Part shown: positions 37,331 to 47,696 of the stretch, piece by piece
Layout: every line of letters starts with the position of its first letter
Position numbering within the stretch: the stretch's first letter is position 1
Origin: Candidatus Latescibacterota bacterium
Lineage (GTDB): Bacteria > Latescibacterota > UBA2968 > UBA8231
Direction: 5' to 3'
Assembly (NCBI GenBank): GCA_965248265.1
Contig: CBDFJF010000001.1
Location: 256,001 to 320,000, forward strand
DNA length: 64,000 bases
Program-made: the position numbers and the translations under genes
Notes under the pieces: generated by a model
Seen by the model: the letters and a program-made list of their open reading frames with translations, nothing else
What the model was told of the DNA's origin: nothing
The model's database searches: none

Positions 37331-38166
37331 GCGCCAGTGACCGGCTATCACTGGGGTATTCTCCCTGTCCCAACGACACCTATGTCTTCTACGCTCTGGT
37401 GCATGGCAAGATTGCCGGCGCACCGTCATTTACGGAGGTGCTAGAAGACATCGAGACGCTCAACGGCATGGCCGCGGACGAGCGTCTGGACGTGGTGAAG
37501 GTCTCCTTCCACGCGCTAGGTCATCTTCGTGATGATTACGGCCTGTTGCACTCGGGTGGGGCTCTGGGTCGAGGATGCGGCCCAATGGTCATCTCCCGCG
37601 AGGAGATTCCGGCAAGCGAGTTGGCCTCATATCGAGTTGCCATTCCCGGGCAGATGACGACGGCCGCTCTGCTGGTCCGTCTGTTTTGTCCCGAACTGCA
37701 GCACGTGCAGATCCTGCCATTCCACCGCATCATGGAGGCTGTTCGCGATGGTGAGGTCGACGCCGGGGTCATCATACACGAGAGCCGTTTCACGTACCCG
37801 GAATATGGTCTGCGCAAGGTCGTCGACCTGGGGCAGTGGTGGGAGCAGACCACCGGACACGCCATCCCACTCGGTGGGATCGCGGCTCGTCGTGGGCTGG
37901 GGGCCTCCCGGGTGCGCGATATTGACCGGAGCCTGAGGGCGAGCGTCGAGTACGCGCACGCGCACGCCTCCCAGGTGCGGGACTACGTCGCCGCTCACGC
38001 CCAGGAGATGGATCCGGAGGTGATGGCCGCACACATCGATCTCTACGTCAACGAATACACGCTCGATTACGGGACAGAGGGGGAGGCCGCCATCCACCAC
38101 CTGATAGACCGCGCGGCCGAGGCCGGAATTCTTCCGGTGACCGATACGCCGCTTTTCATAGAATGA
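37327..38166 (+). CDS. mqnD: 1,4-dihydroxy-6-naphthoate synthase
   Basis: GYSPCPNDTYVF, GGALGRGCGP, IIHESRFTY, IPLGGI, HIDLYVNEY. Confidence 0.93.
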   Translation: MSASDRLSLGYSPCPNDTYVFYALVHGKIAGAPSFTEVLEDIETLNGMAADERLDVVKVSFHALGHLRDDYGLLHSGGALGRGCGPMVISREEIPASELASYRVAIPGQMTTAALLVRLFCPELQHVQILPFHRIMEAVRDGEVDAGVIIHESRFTYPEYGLRKVVDLGQWWEQTTGHAIPLGGIAARRGLGASRVRDIDRSLRASVEYAHAHASQVRDYVAAHAQEMDPEVMAAHIDLYVNEYTLDYGTEGEAAIHHLIDRAAEAGILPVTDTPLFIE

Positions 38167-38179
38167 GGAGACTGGTGAC

Positions 38180-39238
38180 ATGAAGCTGGTACAATTTGCC
38201 GATGGCGAAGGCCGGGAACACGTGGGTTTGATCGAGGACGGTGAGGTCGTCGACCTGAATGCAGATGGCAGCGGACCGAGCTCGCTGTACGACGTTTACT
38301 ACGATCACGGAGGATGTGAAACCGGTCTCGAGGGCACACTCGAGCGCCTACGAAAAAGCGTCAACGCCACGGACAAGCAGTCCTTTGCTGATCTGGCGCG
38401 GCTTCCGTGCGAGCCCGGCGCAGCGCATCTGATGAAACCGGTCAGCGGGCCCGTCGCCGACCCGCACCGGTTGCGGGTTTGGCTGGCCGGGGTGACCCAT
38501 GAAGACAGCGCCAAACTGCGCGAGATCGAAGCCAAGCAGGCGACGGGCGATCAAGTCAACGTGTACGAGCAAAAGTACCGCGAGTGCGCGGCCGGCGGCC
38601 GGCCCGAGCTTTTCCAGAAAGGAGAGCCGGACACCGTGGTGGGGCACGGCCAGGCGCTGACGCGACCAGCCGATACACAGCGGTTGGTGCCCGAGACCGA
38701 ACTGGTCAGTATCTATGGCTTGACCAGCGCAGGGCAGGTGGAGTTGCTGGGATTCACCGGCGGCAACGATGTTACCGACAACGGCATTGAAGCAGCCAAT
38801 CCGCTCAATCTCCCCCAGGCGAAGAACTGGTCCGGTGCCTGCGCCAGCCTCGGGCCAGTCATGGTGACTCCAGGGGAATTCGACCCGGGTGAAATCGAGG
38901 TGTCGTGCGAGATCCTGCGTCGCGGATCGCAGAATCGCGGATCACGGGTCGCATACAAGGAAGGCAAGACGGGTGAAGCCCATCTCAACATGCCGGACGG
39001 CCTTTTGCACATGGAGCGTACCCTGTTCTCGCGGATTCCCCTGCAGCACAGGCAACTCCAGGCGCTCTATTGGGGGACCCCGCTTGTCTTTGCCGAGTCC
39101 GATCTGGCAGACGGCCTGCAGGAGGGGGATTCGGTACGGATGTCATTTTCCGGGGGGATTGGCGTGCTGGAGAATCCGGTGACACCGCTGGTACCAACGG
39201 GCCAACTGGCGCAGCGCGAATCAATGCGGGGGGGGTGA
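38180..39238 (+). CDS. Fumarylacetoacetate hydrolase-like protein
   Basis: VWLAGVTH, RPELFQK, VPETEL, GFTGGNDV...IEA.NPL.LPQAK. Confidence 0.72.
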   Translation: MKLVQFADGEGREHVGLIEDGEVVDLNADGSGPSSLYDVYYDHGGCETGLEGTLERLRKSVNATDKQSFADLARLPCEPGAAHLMKPVSGPVADPHRLRVWLAGVTHEDSAKLREIEAKQATGDQVNVYEQKYRECAAGGRPELFQKGEPDTVVGHGQALTRPADTQRLVPETELVSIYGLTSAGQVELLGFTGGNDVTDNGIEAANPLNLPQAKNWSGACASLGPVMVTPGEFDPGEIEVSCEILRRGSQNRGSRVAYKEGKTGEAHLNMPDGLLHMERTLFSRIPLQHRQLQALYWGTPLVFAESDLADGLQEGDSVRMSFSGGIGVLENPVTPLVPTGQLAQRESMRGG

Positions 39239-39269
39239 GGTACCCGCGGCCGGAATACAGTTTGGTGAC

Positions 39270-40529
39270 CTACAGGTCCTCGACGGCCCGATCGTTCTCT
39301 TCTCCGGTCTCCAGATTTCGGACCCTAACCAGGCCCTTCGACCACTCATCCGGGGCCAGCAGCACCATGCGCTGTGCCCCTGCCATGTCGGCGTGTTTGA
39401 AAGCCCATTTCAGCTTCTTGTTCTCGAGAATGAGATCGACGCTGCGGCCCGCATCCCGGAGTCGTGCCGCGACCTGGGTAGCGGCTTCGCGCAGGCTCTC
39501 GTCGAAGGCGAAAACGACGTCCTGGACGAACGGCGCCAGGGTCGGCAGCAGGTTCTTTTCCTTCAGAAGCTCTGCAATGACGGCATCCCCGAAACCCAGT
39601 CCGCATGCCGGGACGTCTTTGCCACCGAACATCGACAGCAGGTGGTCGTAGCGGCCCCCGCCGCAGATCGCCCTCAACTCTCCTTGCAGGGCGAAGGCCT
39701 CGAAGACGATCCCGGTGTAGTAGGCGAGACCGCGAACCAGGCTGGGGTCGAATCGCAGCCACTCATCGCAGCCGTAGCTGGCGCTGAGCGCGAACAGGTG
39801 CTCGAGCTCATCAAGACCCGCGCGGGAGCCCTCCATGAGTTTGGAGACGGCCTCCAGCGAGTCGCAGGCACCAAGCTCGACGATGGTGTCGACGATGCCC
39901 TGGTCAACTCCCAGCTCGTTGAGCTGCTGCTTGATCACATCCTCCGGCAGCTTCTCGAGTTTGTCGATGATGACACAAACGGCACCGAACTGGTCTTCGG
40001 GAACACCGGCGTCTTCGAGCACTGCCTTGAGAATCTGCCGGTTGGAGACGCGAATCTCGACGTCCTGCGGGCCCAGTCCGATGCGGCTGAAGAAGGTGAC
40101 GATGGCGCGGATGAGCTCGGCCTCGGCCGTGGCGGTCTCCACGCCAAGGATGTCCATGTTCCACTGATAGTGCTCGCGCCTTCGCCCTCGTGTCATGCGT
40201 TCGTACCGCCAGCACTGTGGAATGCTGAACCACTTGATCGGGAGGGCAAGTGATCCTGCTTTTTGCAGCACCAGACGCGCCAGTGATGGCGTGATCTCCG
40301 GTCGTAGCGCCAGATTTCTACCGCTCTTGTCTTCAAACGCGTACAGCTGCTCAACAATATCCTCACCCGCTTTACGCGTGTACAACTCTACGGATTCGAC
40401 CACCGGAGTGTCATACTCCTCGAAGGCGAAAAGGCGAGCAACTTCACGGAAGTGGCCGAATAACCAGTTCCGGAAACGCATGTCCTCAGGAAAAAAATCA
40501 CGGGTACCTCTGGGCGGAGAGAGATTCAT
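39270..40529 (-). CDS. hisS: Histidine--tRNA ligase
   Basis: PRGTRDF, LRPEITPS, WRYER..RGRRREHYQ, LVRGLAYYTG, GGGRYD. Confidence 0.97.
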   Translation of the reverse strand: MNLSPPRGTRDFFPEDMRFRNWLFGHFREVARLFAFEEYDTPVVESVELYTRKAGEDIVEQLYAFEDKSGRNLALRPEITPSLARLVLQKAGSLALPIKWFSIPQCWRYERMTRGRRREHYQWNMDILGVETATAEAELIRAIVTFFSRIGLGPQDVEIRVSNRQILKAVLEDAGVPEDQFGAVCVIIDKLEKLPEDVIKQQLNELGVDQGIVDTIVELGACDSLEAVSKLMEGSRAGLDELEHLFALSASYGCDEWLRFDPSLVRGLAYYTGIVFEAFALQGELRAICGGGRYDHLLSMFGGKDVPACGLGFGDAVIAELLKEKNLLPTLAPFVQDVVFAFDESLREAATQVAARLRDAGRSVDLILENKKLKWAFKHADMAGAQRMVLLAPDEWSKGLVRVRNLETGEENDRAVEDL

Positions 40530-40594
40530 TAGTCGATCAATGCCATCGTCGTAGGGTGATGAGTGAGCGCAAGTGCCTTACGAACTACCATTTA

Positions 40595-41470
40595 CTATAA
40601 CGACTCACCCAGAATAATCGCCAGCAATCCCAGGATCATGCCGACGGTGAGGGTGCGTGACAACCGGTGATCGGTCAGCCTGCCCCCGGTGCGTATCATC
40701 CTGAAGGCCACCGTTAGCAACAGCAAGTCCATGAACACGATGGCAATGAGGTACGGGACGCCGTACACCTCAAGGACCCACGGTACCAGGGTTGCGATCA
40801 TGACTACGACAAACACGGCAGTAGTCACGGCACTGGCTCGTTTTGGCCCCAGTCGAAATGCCAGGGTGGCAACTCCTTGATGCCGGTCGCCGACTACATC
40901 CTCCATGTCCTTGATGATTTCCCGGCCAAAATGGAACAGGAAGGCGAACGCTGCCGGGAGCCAAGCACGGCCGATATCTCCGGCAGCCAGGGCGCCGTAT
41001 GGAAAGGCGGCAGCAGCCAGAGCACTCACCATGAGGTTACCCCAAAGCACTGTTGATTTCAGGTAGGCGTTGTAAAGGTACAGGCTCACAGCGACGCCGG
41101 ATGCGAGGGCGCAGAGCTGAGGACCGAGCCACCAGCTCAGCAGCCACCCAGCCAAGCCCAAAACGGCTGCTTCGATGGTAGCCGCCCTTGTGCTGATCCT
41201 GCCAGCCGGCAACGGCCGTTGGGGCCTGTTGATGCGGTCGATCTCGAGATCTCTCAGATCGTTGTGGATGTTGCCGGCGGCGGTGATCAGGGCGGCTGAA
41301 GCCGCAGCCACCATCACCTGCCGCAAGTCTGCACACAATCCGGATATCAGGCCGGATATCAGGCCAGATGTCAGGGCTCCGACCCCAACAGAGACAGCCG
41401 TAATCAAGCAGTTGAAAGGGCGCAAAAGGGCCCATCCGGCACCTGAGAATTCAGCGAATCGGCGCTGCAA
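40595..41470 (-). CDS. UbiA prenyltransferase, DGGGP-synthase-like subfamily
   Basis: LLRPFN, GN..ND..D.EIDRINRPQRPLPAG, REIIKDMED..GD. Confidence 0.82.
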   Translation of the reverse strand: MQRRFAEFSGAGWALLRPFNCLITAVSVGVGALTSGLISGLISGLCADLRQVMVAAASAALITAAGNIHNDLRDLEIDRINRPQRPLPAGRISTRAATIEAAVLGLAGWLLSWWLGPQLCALASGVAVSLYLYNAYLKSTVLWGNLMVSALAAAAFPYGALAAGDIGRAWLPAAFAFLFHFGREIIKDMEDVVGDRHQGVATLAFRLGPKRASAVTTAVFVVVMIATLVPWVLEVYGVPYLIAIVFMDLLLLTVAFRMIRTGGRLTDHRLSRTLTVGMILGLLAIILGESL

Positions 41471-41650
41471 TTGGATGGTCCGAGGGCCGGAGGCGTATTG
41501 GAGCGGAAAAAATCGTCATAAATATTTGTTTTGTATTAAGTTAATAGCGATTGCACGGCACCAATCAATGGCTGATTTGGTGTGGGCTCCAGAAGGGGCG
41601 TTTTTCTTCTAACCTCTCGAAAAATAAAGGTTTCGAGAGATAGATTTTTC

Positions 41651-41679
41651 TTGACACCTGATATTGGCTACCGTACTTT
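41651..41679 (+). promoter_or_regulatory. sigma70 promoter of the HU/IHF gene
   Basis: TTGACA-N17-TACTTT. Confidence 0.65.
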
Positions 41680-41774
41680 CTCACAAAGCTTTAATCCACA
41701 ATAACTAATGTCACTTTTGGCCCTGTGAAGTTGGGATGTGGTGGGGCGCCATTGCTGGCCCTGGAGAGTTGCTC

Positions 41775-42197
41775 TTGTCGACCATAACGAAGAAGGATCT
41801 CGCCCTCCTCGTTAGTCAAAGCACCGGGTGCAAAAAGAACCTGGCGGCGAAGATGGTCGACAGCCTTTTCGTCGCCATGCGCGACAGCCTGATTCAAGGC
41901 AACCGCATAGAAATTAGAGGTTTCGGCGTGTTTCAGGTCAAGGATACCCGGCCGAAGCCCGCTGCCAGAAACCCACGTACAGGCGAAATCATCTACGTCC
42001 CAGCCCGCCGCAAGACCCATTTCAAGCCCGGACGCCTGCTGAAAGAGGCTCTGCACCAGACACGTGACGAGGCTGCCAAGCAGGGACTTCCACTCGCAGA
42101 CGGAAATTCTGGCTCGTCCGCTGCCGATTCACAGCTCAGTGGCTCACCTCAACCGCCCTTCGACGACCATGATGAGGACGGCCAGCAACAGCCGTGA
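41775..42197 (+). CDS. HU/IHF family DNA-binding protein with acidic C-terminal tail
   Basis: TITKKDL, RIEIRGFGVF, ARNPRTGE, HFKPG; TTG start after GGAG. Confidence 0.9.
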   Translation: MSTITKKDLALLVSQSTGCKKNLAAKMVDSLFVAMRDSLIQGNRIEIRGFGVFQVKDTRPKPAARNPRTGEIIYVPARRKTHFKPGRLLKEALHQTRDEAAKQGLPLADGNSGSSAADSQLSGSPQPPFDDHDEDGQQQP

Positions 42198-42219
42198 TCT
42201 CGGCGGCATCCTGCGATCC

Positions 42220-42867
42220 TTACTCGTCCACGAGCAGGCCTGCCAGCTTCTCACGCCAGTCCTCCGGATAGCGCAACCCACCTTCCAGGCGAAAGTCCGC
42301 AACTAGAGATCTCAGCAGCTCCATGCGGGCGGCGCGATCGCTCATCTGCTGTCGAAGATGCTGGCGTACCCGGCTCAACTGGACGATGTATTCGACGAAT
42401 TCCTCGTCGAATAGTTGGTCCAGGTCTTGCCTCAGGCGGCTTGCGAGAGCGGGACTGGCGTTGCTGGTGCTGATGCTGATACGCAGCGGCCCGGGGTGAA
42501 CGAGCGCGGCCATGCCGAAATTCGAATACCCTGGTTGGTCGTAGGAGTTGAGCAGCAACCGGTCTCGGCATGCACGCTGGTAGATCTGCTCAGCAAGGGA
42601 TGTGTCTTCGACCGTGTTGACGACCAGGTGTACGCCATCCAGGTCATCCATTCGAAAACTCCGTCGATGCCACAGCAGGCTGTTGTCTTCGGCCAGTGAT
42701 TCCAATCGCGGGGTCACGCGTGGAGACACCACAACCAGCTCGGCCCCTGCGTCGAGCAAGCGTCCGGACTTGTCTTCCGCTTCCGTGCCACCGCCGATGA
42801 TCAGGCAGGGCTGTTCAGCGACATCCAGGCCGACCTGGAAGTACGGGTTGTCTGATGCAGGGCTCAT
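42220..42867 (-). CDS. Precorrin-2 dehydrogenase/sirohydrochlorin ferrochelatase (CysG N-terminal / SirC-like)
   Basis: LIIGGG.EA..K...LL.AGA..VVSP, ISIST..ASPALA..LR. Confidence 0.85.
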   Translation of the reverse strand: MSPASDNPYFQVGLDVAEQPCLIIGGGTEAEDKSGRLLDAGAELVVVSPRVTPRLESLAEDNSLLWHRRSFRMDDLDGVHLVVNTVEDTSLAEQIYQRACRDRLLLNSYDQPGYSNFGMAALVHPGPLRISISTSNASPALASRLRQDLDQLFDEEFVEYIVQLSRVRQHLRQQMSDRAARMELLRSLVADFRLEGGLRYPEDWREKLAGLLVDE

Positions 42868-43376
42868 AGCTTCGGCGAGATCGTTGCAACCATGTTGGCG
42901 AGCTCAGGCAGGACCAGCCGGTCCATGGCCAGTGCGGCACCTCCCGGTGAGCCTGGCAACGCGATGATGATGCGGCCTCTGTAGGTCCCGGCTACGGCGC
43001 GTTCCATCACGGCAGAGGAACCGTTTTCCTGGTAGTTCAACGTCGCGAAGATCTGTCCGAAGGCATCCAGGCGGCTGTCCATGATGCCGACGACAGCCTG
43101 GTAGGAGTCCTTGCTGCCGAACCCGGTACCGCCCCCGAAGATGACCGCCTTGCAGGAGGATTTCTCCGCGACAATGGCCAGTTCGCCTTTTATCTGACGA
43201 GCCATGCTCTTGACGATGGAATCATGAACGACTCGGTACCTGCCTTCGGCGTCCGCCGTCAGGCGGTCCACGATGACCTTGGCGATTTCGATGGTACGGG
43301 GCCTGTTGCGATCGCCCAGGGCGATGACGGCGCATCCGATGCCGGTCTCCTGGGGCGCTGAAGTTGGCGAGGTCAT
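42864..43376 (-). CDS. MogA/MoaB molybdenum cofactor biosynthesis family protein
   Basis: GGTGFG.KD, RAVAG, ALPGSP. Confidence 0.75.
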   Translation of the reverse strand: MTSPTSAPQETGIGCAVIALGDRNRPRTIEIAKVIVDRLTADAEGRYRVVHDSIVKSMARQIKGELAIVAEKSSCKAVIFGGGTGFGSKDSYQAVVGIMDSRLDAFGQIFATLNYQENGSSAVMERAVAGTYRGRIIIALPGSPGGAALAMDRLVLPELANMVATISPKL

Positions 43377-44293
43377 CGGCCTCCACTCATGGCAGCGTAG
43401 TTCCGATCTTCCGGATCACCGTAATCGACTGGCAGGCCGAGCTCAAACCACCCCTTCTGCAGAATCGCTCCTGAATCGTCCCGCGCGCCGCCGAAGCCCC
43501 CCGTGACATTGTGGACCGCGCTAAAGCCAACCGCCAGCATGGCTTCGGCCGCCCGCGCCGACCGAGCACCTGATTGGCATCCGAGTATCAAGGGTGAATT
43601 GTGCTCGAAGTTGATCTCCATAACCCGGAGAAAATCCGCATTCGGCACCATTCCCATCGGTTCACGGTGCATGACGGGCACGTTGACCGACTCGGCTGGA
43701 TGGCCGTTGCGAAATTCCGGCTCCGAGCGCACATCGACGTAGGTGTAACCGCCCTTGTCCAGCAGCTCCTTGGCCTGCTCAGGCGTAATATCCTTGTAGC
43801 TCATCGGGTAGGTCTCCTGACGGACGAATTCCCCCTTGGAGGTATAGAGAGCATCGTACGATCTGGGCCGGTTCTTGAGGTAATCGAACCAGCAGGTGTG
43901 AGAACAGAAATACAGCGTGTTGCGCTCGAGGAAATTCTCATTGAACGGTTTCGAGCAGACCGGGCATTGAAGATTGGCTTTCCTTTCGATGGCCGCGCGG
44001 CCGCGATCCCGCCGGGCGTCGATCAGTCGGTTCAGATAGTAGGCGCCTCGCCAGCCGAGCGGGATGAAAAGGGCGAATTCCACCAGTGACAGGTGGGCCA
44101 CCGCCAGGAAAACGACGGCACCAGCGGCTGCTATCCAGAATGAAATGCAGTGAGGACAGCGAAACAGTTTCTCCAACACACTCGAACGGGAAGAAAGCTT
44201 GGTGCGAAGCCCTTCAGCATAACTGGATTGACGCAAAACCCGCGTCAATACGGCCGTCAGGACTATCAGCAGGAGAATCTGAAGCGCGACCAC
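43373..44293 (-). CDS. Fusion: membrane CxxC domain (DUF1360-like) + Zn finger + rhodanese
   Basis: LFRCPHCISFW in TM region; CPVC...FCSHTC; YVDVRSEPEF..GHP...ILGCQSGARS. Confidence 0.75.
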   Translation of the reverse strand: MVALQILLLIVLTAVLTRVLRQSSYAEGLRTKLSSRSSVLEKLFRCPHCISFWIAAAGAVVFLAVAHLSLVEFALFIPLGWRGAYYLNRLIDARRDRGRAAIERKANLQCPVCSKPFNENFLERNTLYFCSHTCWFDYLKNRPRSYDALYTSKGEFVRQETYPMSYKDITPEQAKELLDKGGYTYVDVRSEPEFRNGHPAESVNVPVMHREPMGMVPNADFLRVMEINFEHNSPLILGCQSGARSARAAEAMLAVGFSAVHNVTGGFGGARDDSGAILQKGWFELGLPVDYGDPEDRNYAAMSGGR

Positions 44294-44410
44294 AACACCC
44301 TTGAGAGAGGGGTACTAAGTGACGTACTGAGATGACGTAACAAATGACATGGACATTGACGGCAATGTATTATTTCCAAAAAGGATAGACAAGATTCCGG
44401 GTAGCGGTCT

Positions 44411-46033
44411 CTAGCGGTCAGCTGTTCCATCCCTGACCACAAGCGTCAGTTCGTACGCCACGGGACTGCACCCGGTAGCCGTGCGCTGAATCCCAGGCAA
44501 CGGTGATGTGACAAAGCCCGCCAACTCCGTCGGCAGGGGGGAGTGGGAGCGAGCCACAAACAGCAGCGTCTCCGGCGCCGCCGCTGTTTCAAGGCCGGCC
44601 AGGCGCACGAACCGGGGATCGGCCACGGTGTAGATGCTTCGCCCGGTCTCTGGGCGGGCGTAGTAGGCGGTCGTGAACGGAACGTTGTACTGTGTGCTGA
44701 CAAGCGCCACGGAGAGTGGCAAGCCGGCTTCGCTGATGGAGTGCTCAAGTTTGCCCGTAAACGTCCGCCAGCCCGCGTACTCGCACAACCTCTCATTCCA
44801 CGAACGCGTGGGTTCTCGCGTCTGATCCACTGGAGATACCAGGCGAGGATAGGACTGGTCGAGGATTTGCTGAATCCCCAACGTGCGCATGATGCTGTCC
44901 GCGGTACCCGGGGACTTGAGGGCCAGACCAACGGCCGCGGTCTGCATCAAGCCAACGATGATTACAGCCAATAGCAATCCGGTTCCTGGCTGTCGATCAT
45001 CCGAGCCCACCGATGTTCGGGCGCCGAAAACATACGGCCACAGGGTCAGAAAGGCAGGAAGAATCCAATTGCCCTTGACCTGTCCTCGGTAGAGGGCGAA
45101 GAAACCGAAGCAGAGAAGGACCATGGAGGCGGGTATCAACGCCAGAAGCAGGCGACCATGTGCTCGCATGCAGGTTGGGCGCGAGGCAATCGATGCGCTG
45201 TGCAGGGCCCTGCCGGCAGCCAAGGCGATGCTGCACAGCGTTCCGTACAGCAGCCACAAGAGTAGGGGTGACACGAACAGCAGCGGGGCGACCAGGAAGA
45301 GTCCGCCGCGAGCAAAGATGGATGTTTCTCCGGCGATGCGTGACAGAGTGCTCAGGGCGCGTGGCAAGTGGAAGCCATCGCTCCAATGGGTCACGACCAG
45401 CGGTGCCATACAGACGCCGAAAGCAAGCAGGCTGCTGGCTAGAACCCGCCTTCGCAGTTCCAACGGTGTACCGGCGAAATACAGCCAGATGAACACCGAG
45501 GCTGCCAACAGCGCACCCGAGTACTTGCAGTACGGGGGGATGGCCGTGACCAAGCCCATGCCGAAACACGACACCGGTGTCCACGCTGCGTTGGCAGCAC
45601 GGTGAGCCAGCACCAGCACCAGAAGCCAGGCCGGTACGAGAAAGCCGTCAGGGTGCAGGAAGGAGCTCGAGTGCCAGATCCAATGGCTCGTGGTGAAGGC
45701 GGCGGCAGCCCACAAGGATCGTGTCTCGCTTAGGCCGTTGCTGCGGCACCATTGGAACATCAGCATCGTCGCCAACATTCCGGTAACGACCGGGCCCGCG
45801 CGCAACACCCATTCTACACCCGGAGCCAGCGTATGGGCCAGGCGGATGAGGGCGAAGGGAAGGGGGGCGTAGGTGAGATCCCAGTTGAGACTCCAATACC
45901 AATACGCCGCCTCATCCTTACCAAGCTCGACGCCGAGGGTCAACCACAGCTTGCATGCCGCCGCGACGACGACCAGAGCGCCGAGAATCAGCCCGGATCG
46001 GTTGACCCTGTACAGGGGCGCTGCTATATTCAC
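44411..46033 (-). CDS. GT-C glycosyltransferase (ArnT/PMT, family 39/83-like)
   Basis: L..DEAAYWYWS..W...Y.P, HPD, CKY, multi-TM. Confidence 0.75.
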   Translation of the reverse strand: MNIAAPLYRVNRSGLILGALVVVAAACKLWLTLGVELGKDEAAYWYWSLNWDLTYAPLPFALIRLAHTLAPGVEWVLRAGPVVTGMLATMLMFQWCRSNGLSETRSLWAAAAFTTSHWIWHSSSFLHPDGFLVPAWLLVLVLAHRAANAAWTPVSCFGMGLVTAIPPYCKYSGALLAASVFIWLYFAGTPLELRRRVLASSLLAFGVCMAPLVVTHWSDGFHLPRALSTLSRIAGETSIFARGGLFLVAPLLFVSPLLLWLLYGTLCSIALAAGRALHSASIASRPTCMRAHGRLLLALIPASMVLLCFGFFALYRGQVKGNWILPAFLTLWPYVFGARTSVGSDDRQPGTGLLLAVIIVGLMQTAAVGLALKSPGTADSIMRTLGIQQILDQSYPRLVSPVDQTREPTRSWNERLCEYAGWRTFTGKLEHSISEAGLPLSVALVSTQYNVPFTTAYYARPETGRSIYTVADPRFVRLAGLETAAAPETLLFVARSHSPLPTELAGFVTSPLPGIQRTATGCSPVAYELTLVVRDGTADR

Positions 46034-46079
46034 GATTCAGTCGGAATCCCGCGAAAAAGTTGCCAGCAAGGAGTCGGAA

Positions 46080-46685
46080 ATGGCCGAGAAGGAAGAGGGG
46101 TTACTCAGCACGCTGGAAGAGCGAAGTATAGAACACTCCCTCCTGAAAGCGCGCAAGGTCTTCCTCTGGTCACCCGTTGACGATGAATCCGCCAAGGCCA
46201 TCGTCACGCGCTTGTTGTCATTGGATGCGCAGGACCCGGAAGGGGAAATCGTCCTCTACATCAACAGTCCGGGGGGCACGATCCATGACGGTCTCGCCAT
46301 TTACGATGCCATGCAGGCGATCAGTTGCAAGGTTTCGACCGTCTGCACCGGCATGGCCGCCAGCATGGGTGCCGTGCTGCTGGCCGGCGGTGAAAAAGGA
46401 CGCCGCTTTACCTGGCCTCACGCCCGGATAATGATCCATCAGCCATTGGTAATGGGCACGATCACCGGACGCGCCACAGACCTCGATATTCGAGCCCGGG
46501 AGATGATCGGCTACAAGGAGGAAATCAACCGGCTCCTGGCCGGCCACACCGGCAAGAAGGTCGAGCAGATTGCCGCGGACACCGACCGTGATTACTTCAT
46601 GTCGGCGCCGGACGCCGTGGAATACGGACTCGTCGATGCCATCATTACTACTCCAGGGGTGCCGTCAACCAACGGCAAGGGCTAA
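46080..46685 (+). CDS. clpP: ATP-dependent Clp protease proteolytic subunit
   Basis: LYINSPGG, AASMGA, IMIHQP, DTDRDYFMS...A.EYGLVD; start at MAEKE. Confidence 0.93.
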   Translation: MAEKEEGLLSTLEERSIEHSLLKARKVFLWSPVDDESAKAIVTRLLSLDAQDPEGEIVLYINSPGGTIHDGLAIYDAMQAISCKVSTVCTGMAASMGAVLLAGGEKGRRFTWPHARIMIHQPLVMGTITGRATDLDIRAREMIGYKEEINRLLAGHTGKKVEQIAADTDRDYFMSAPDAVEYGLVDAIITTPGVPSTNGKG

Positions 46686-46696
46686 GCAGCTGGCAA

Positions 46697-47533
46697 TCAG
46701 CGCTGGCATTCAGGGCAGTAGAAGCTGCTGCGTCCCGCAAGAACCAGATTGCGTACCGGCGCGTCGCACACCGTACAGTTTTCATCTGCACGACCATAGA
46801 CTGCAAGCTGCTGCTGGAAACGGCCCCCGCTGCCCGAGCCCAGGTAGTCACTGACGGTTGTGCCTCCCTGGCGAATCGCCTGCCGCAACACCGCCTTTAT
46901 CTGTTCCACAAGCACAGCCACCCGTTTTTTGCTCAGCCGACTGGCACGAATCGTGGGCCGGATGCCAGCCCGGAAGAGGGCTTCGCTGGCGTAGATATTG
47001 CCGATGCCGGCGACGACATGTCCGTCCAGGAGAACGTTCTTGATCGGCCGTGCGCGGGCGCGGCACACCGACCACATGTAGTCGACGTCGAAGGCCGCCG
47101 ACAGGGGCTCGGGGCCGATACGCTGCAGGTAACGGCATTGTTCGAGCTCATCCGGCTCCAACACGAGTACCATCCCGAAACGCCGTGCGTCCGAAAACAC
47201 CAGCTTGGATCGAGTCAACTCGGATTGACTCAGGGTGGAGTGCTCTATACCAAAGACGACGTGGTCATGCAGCTCGTGGTTGTTTCTGAACAGGAGATTG
47301 CCGGTCATGCCGAGGTGGACCAGCAGGGTCCGCTTCGAGTCGACCTCGAGCAGGAGGTACTTGGCGCGACGCGTCGCCCGAGTGAAACGGTCTCCTACCA
47401 GACTGTCGAGGCGGGCTCGGGGCACCGGCTCACGCAGGCGCTTACGGCTCGTCCACACCTCGCTGATGCAGGCGCCGAGAAGGTGGCGCTCCATGGCGCT
47501 GCGGACGGTTTCGACTTCGGGCAGTTCAGGCAC
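46697..47533 (-). CDS. mutM: Formamidopyrimidine-DNA glycosylase
   Basis: MPELPEVET, RRAKYL, HLGMTG, GIGNIYASE.LF, C-terminal Zn finger. Confidence 0.96.
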   Translation of the reverse strand: MPELPEVETVRSAMERHLLGACISEVWTSRKRLREPVPRARLDSLVGDRFTRATRRAKYLLLEVDSKRTLLVHLGMTGNLLFRNNHELHDHVVFGIEHSTLSQSELTRSKLVFSDARRFGMVLVLEPDELEQCRYLQRIGPEPLSAAFDVDYMWSVCRARARPIKNVLLDGHVVAGIGNIYASEALFRAGIRPTIRASRLSKKRVAVLVEQIKAVLRQAIRQGGTTVSDYLGSGSGGRFQQQLAVYGRADENCTVCDAPVRNLVLAGRSSFYCPECQR

Positions 47534-47696
47534 GGGATAGGGACGGTCGTGAGAATGGTTGATCGGAGCGCAAACGCGGGTCGTTCGCGGTCCAAGTTAC
47601 CCAGGCGAGTTTATCCAGACAAACCCAGGCCAGCAAGGATTATCGTAAGTTCACCGACGCCGATACTGACACAGAACGAATCTTGAGGAGTGATTC

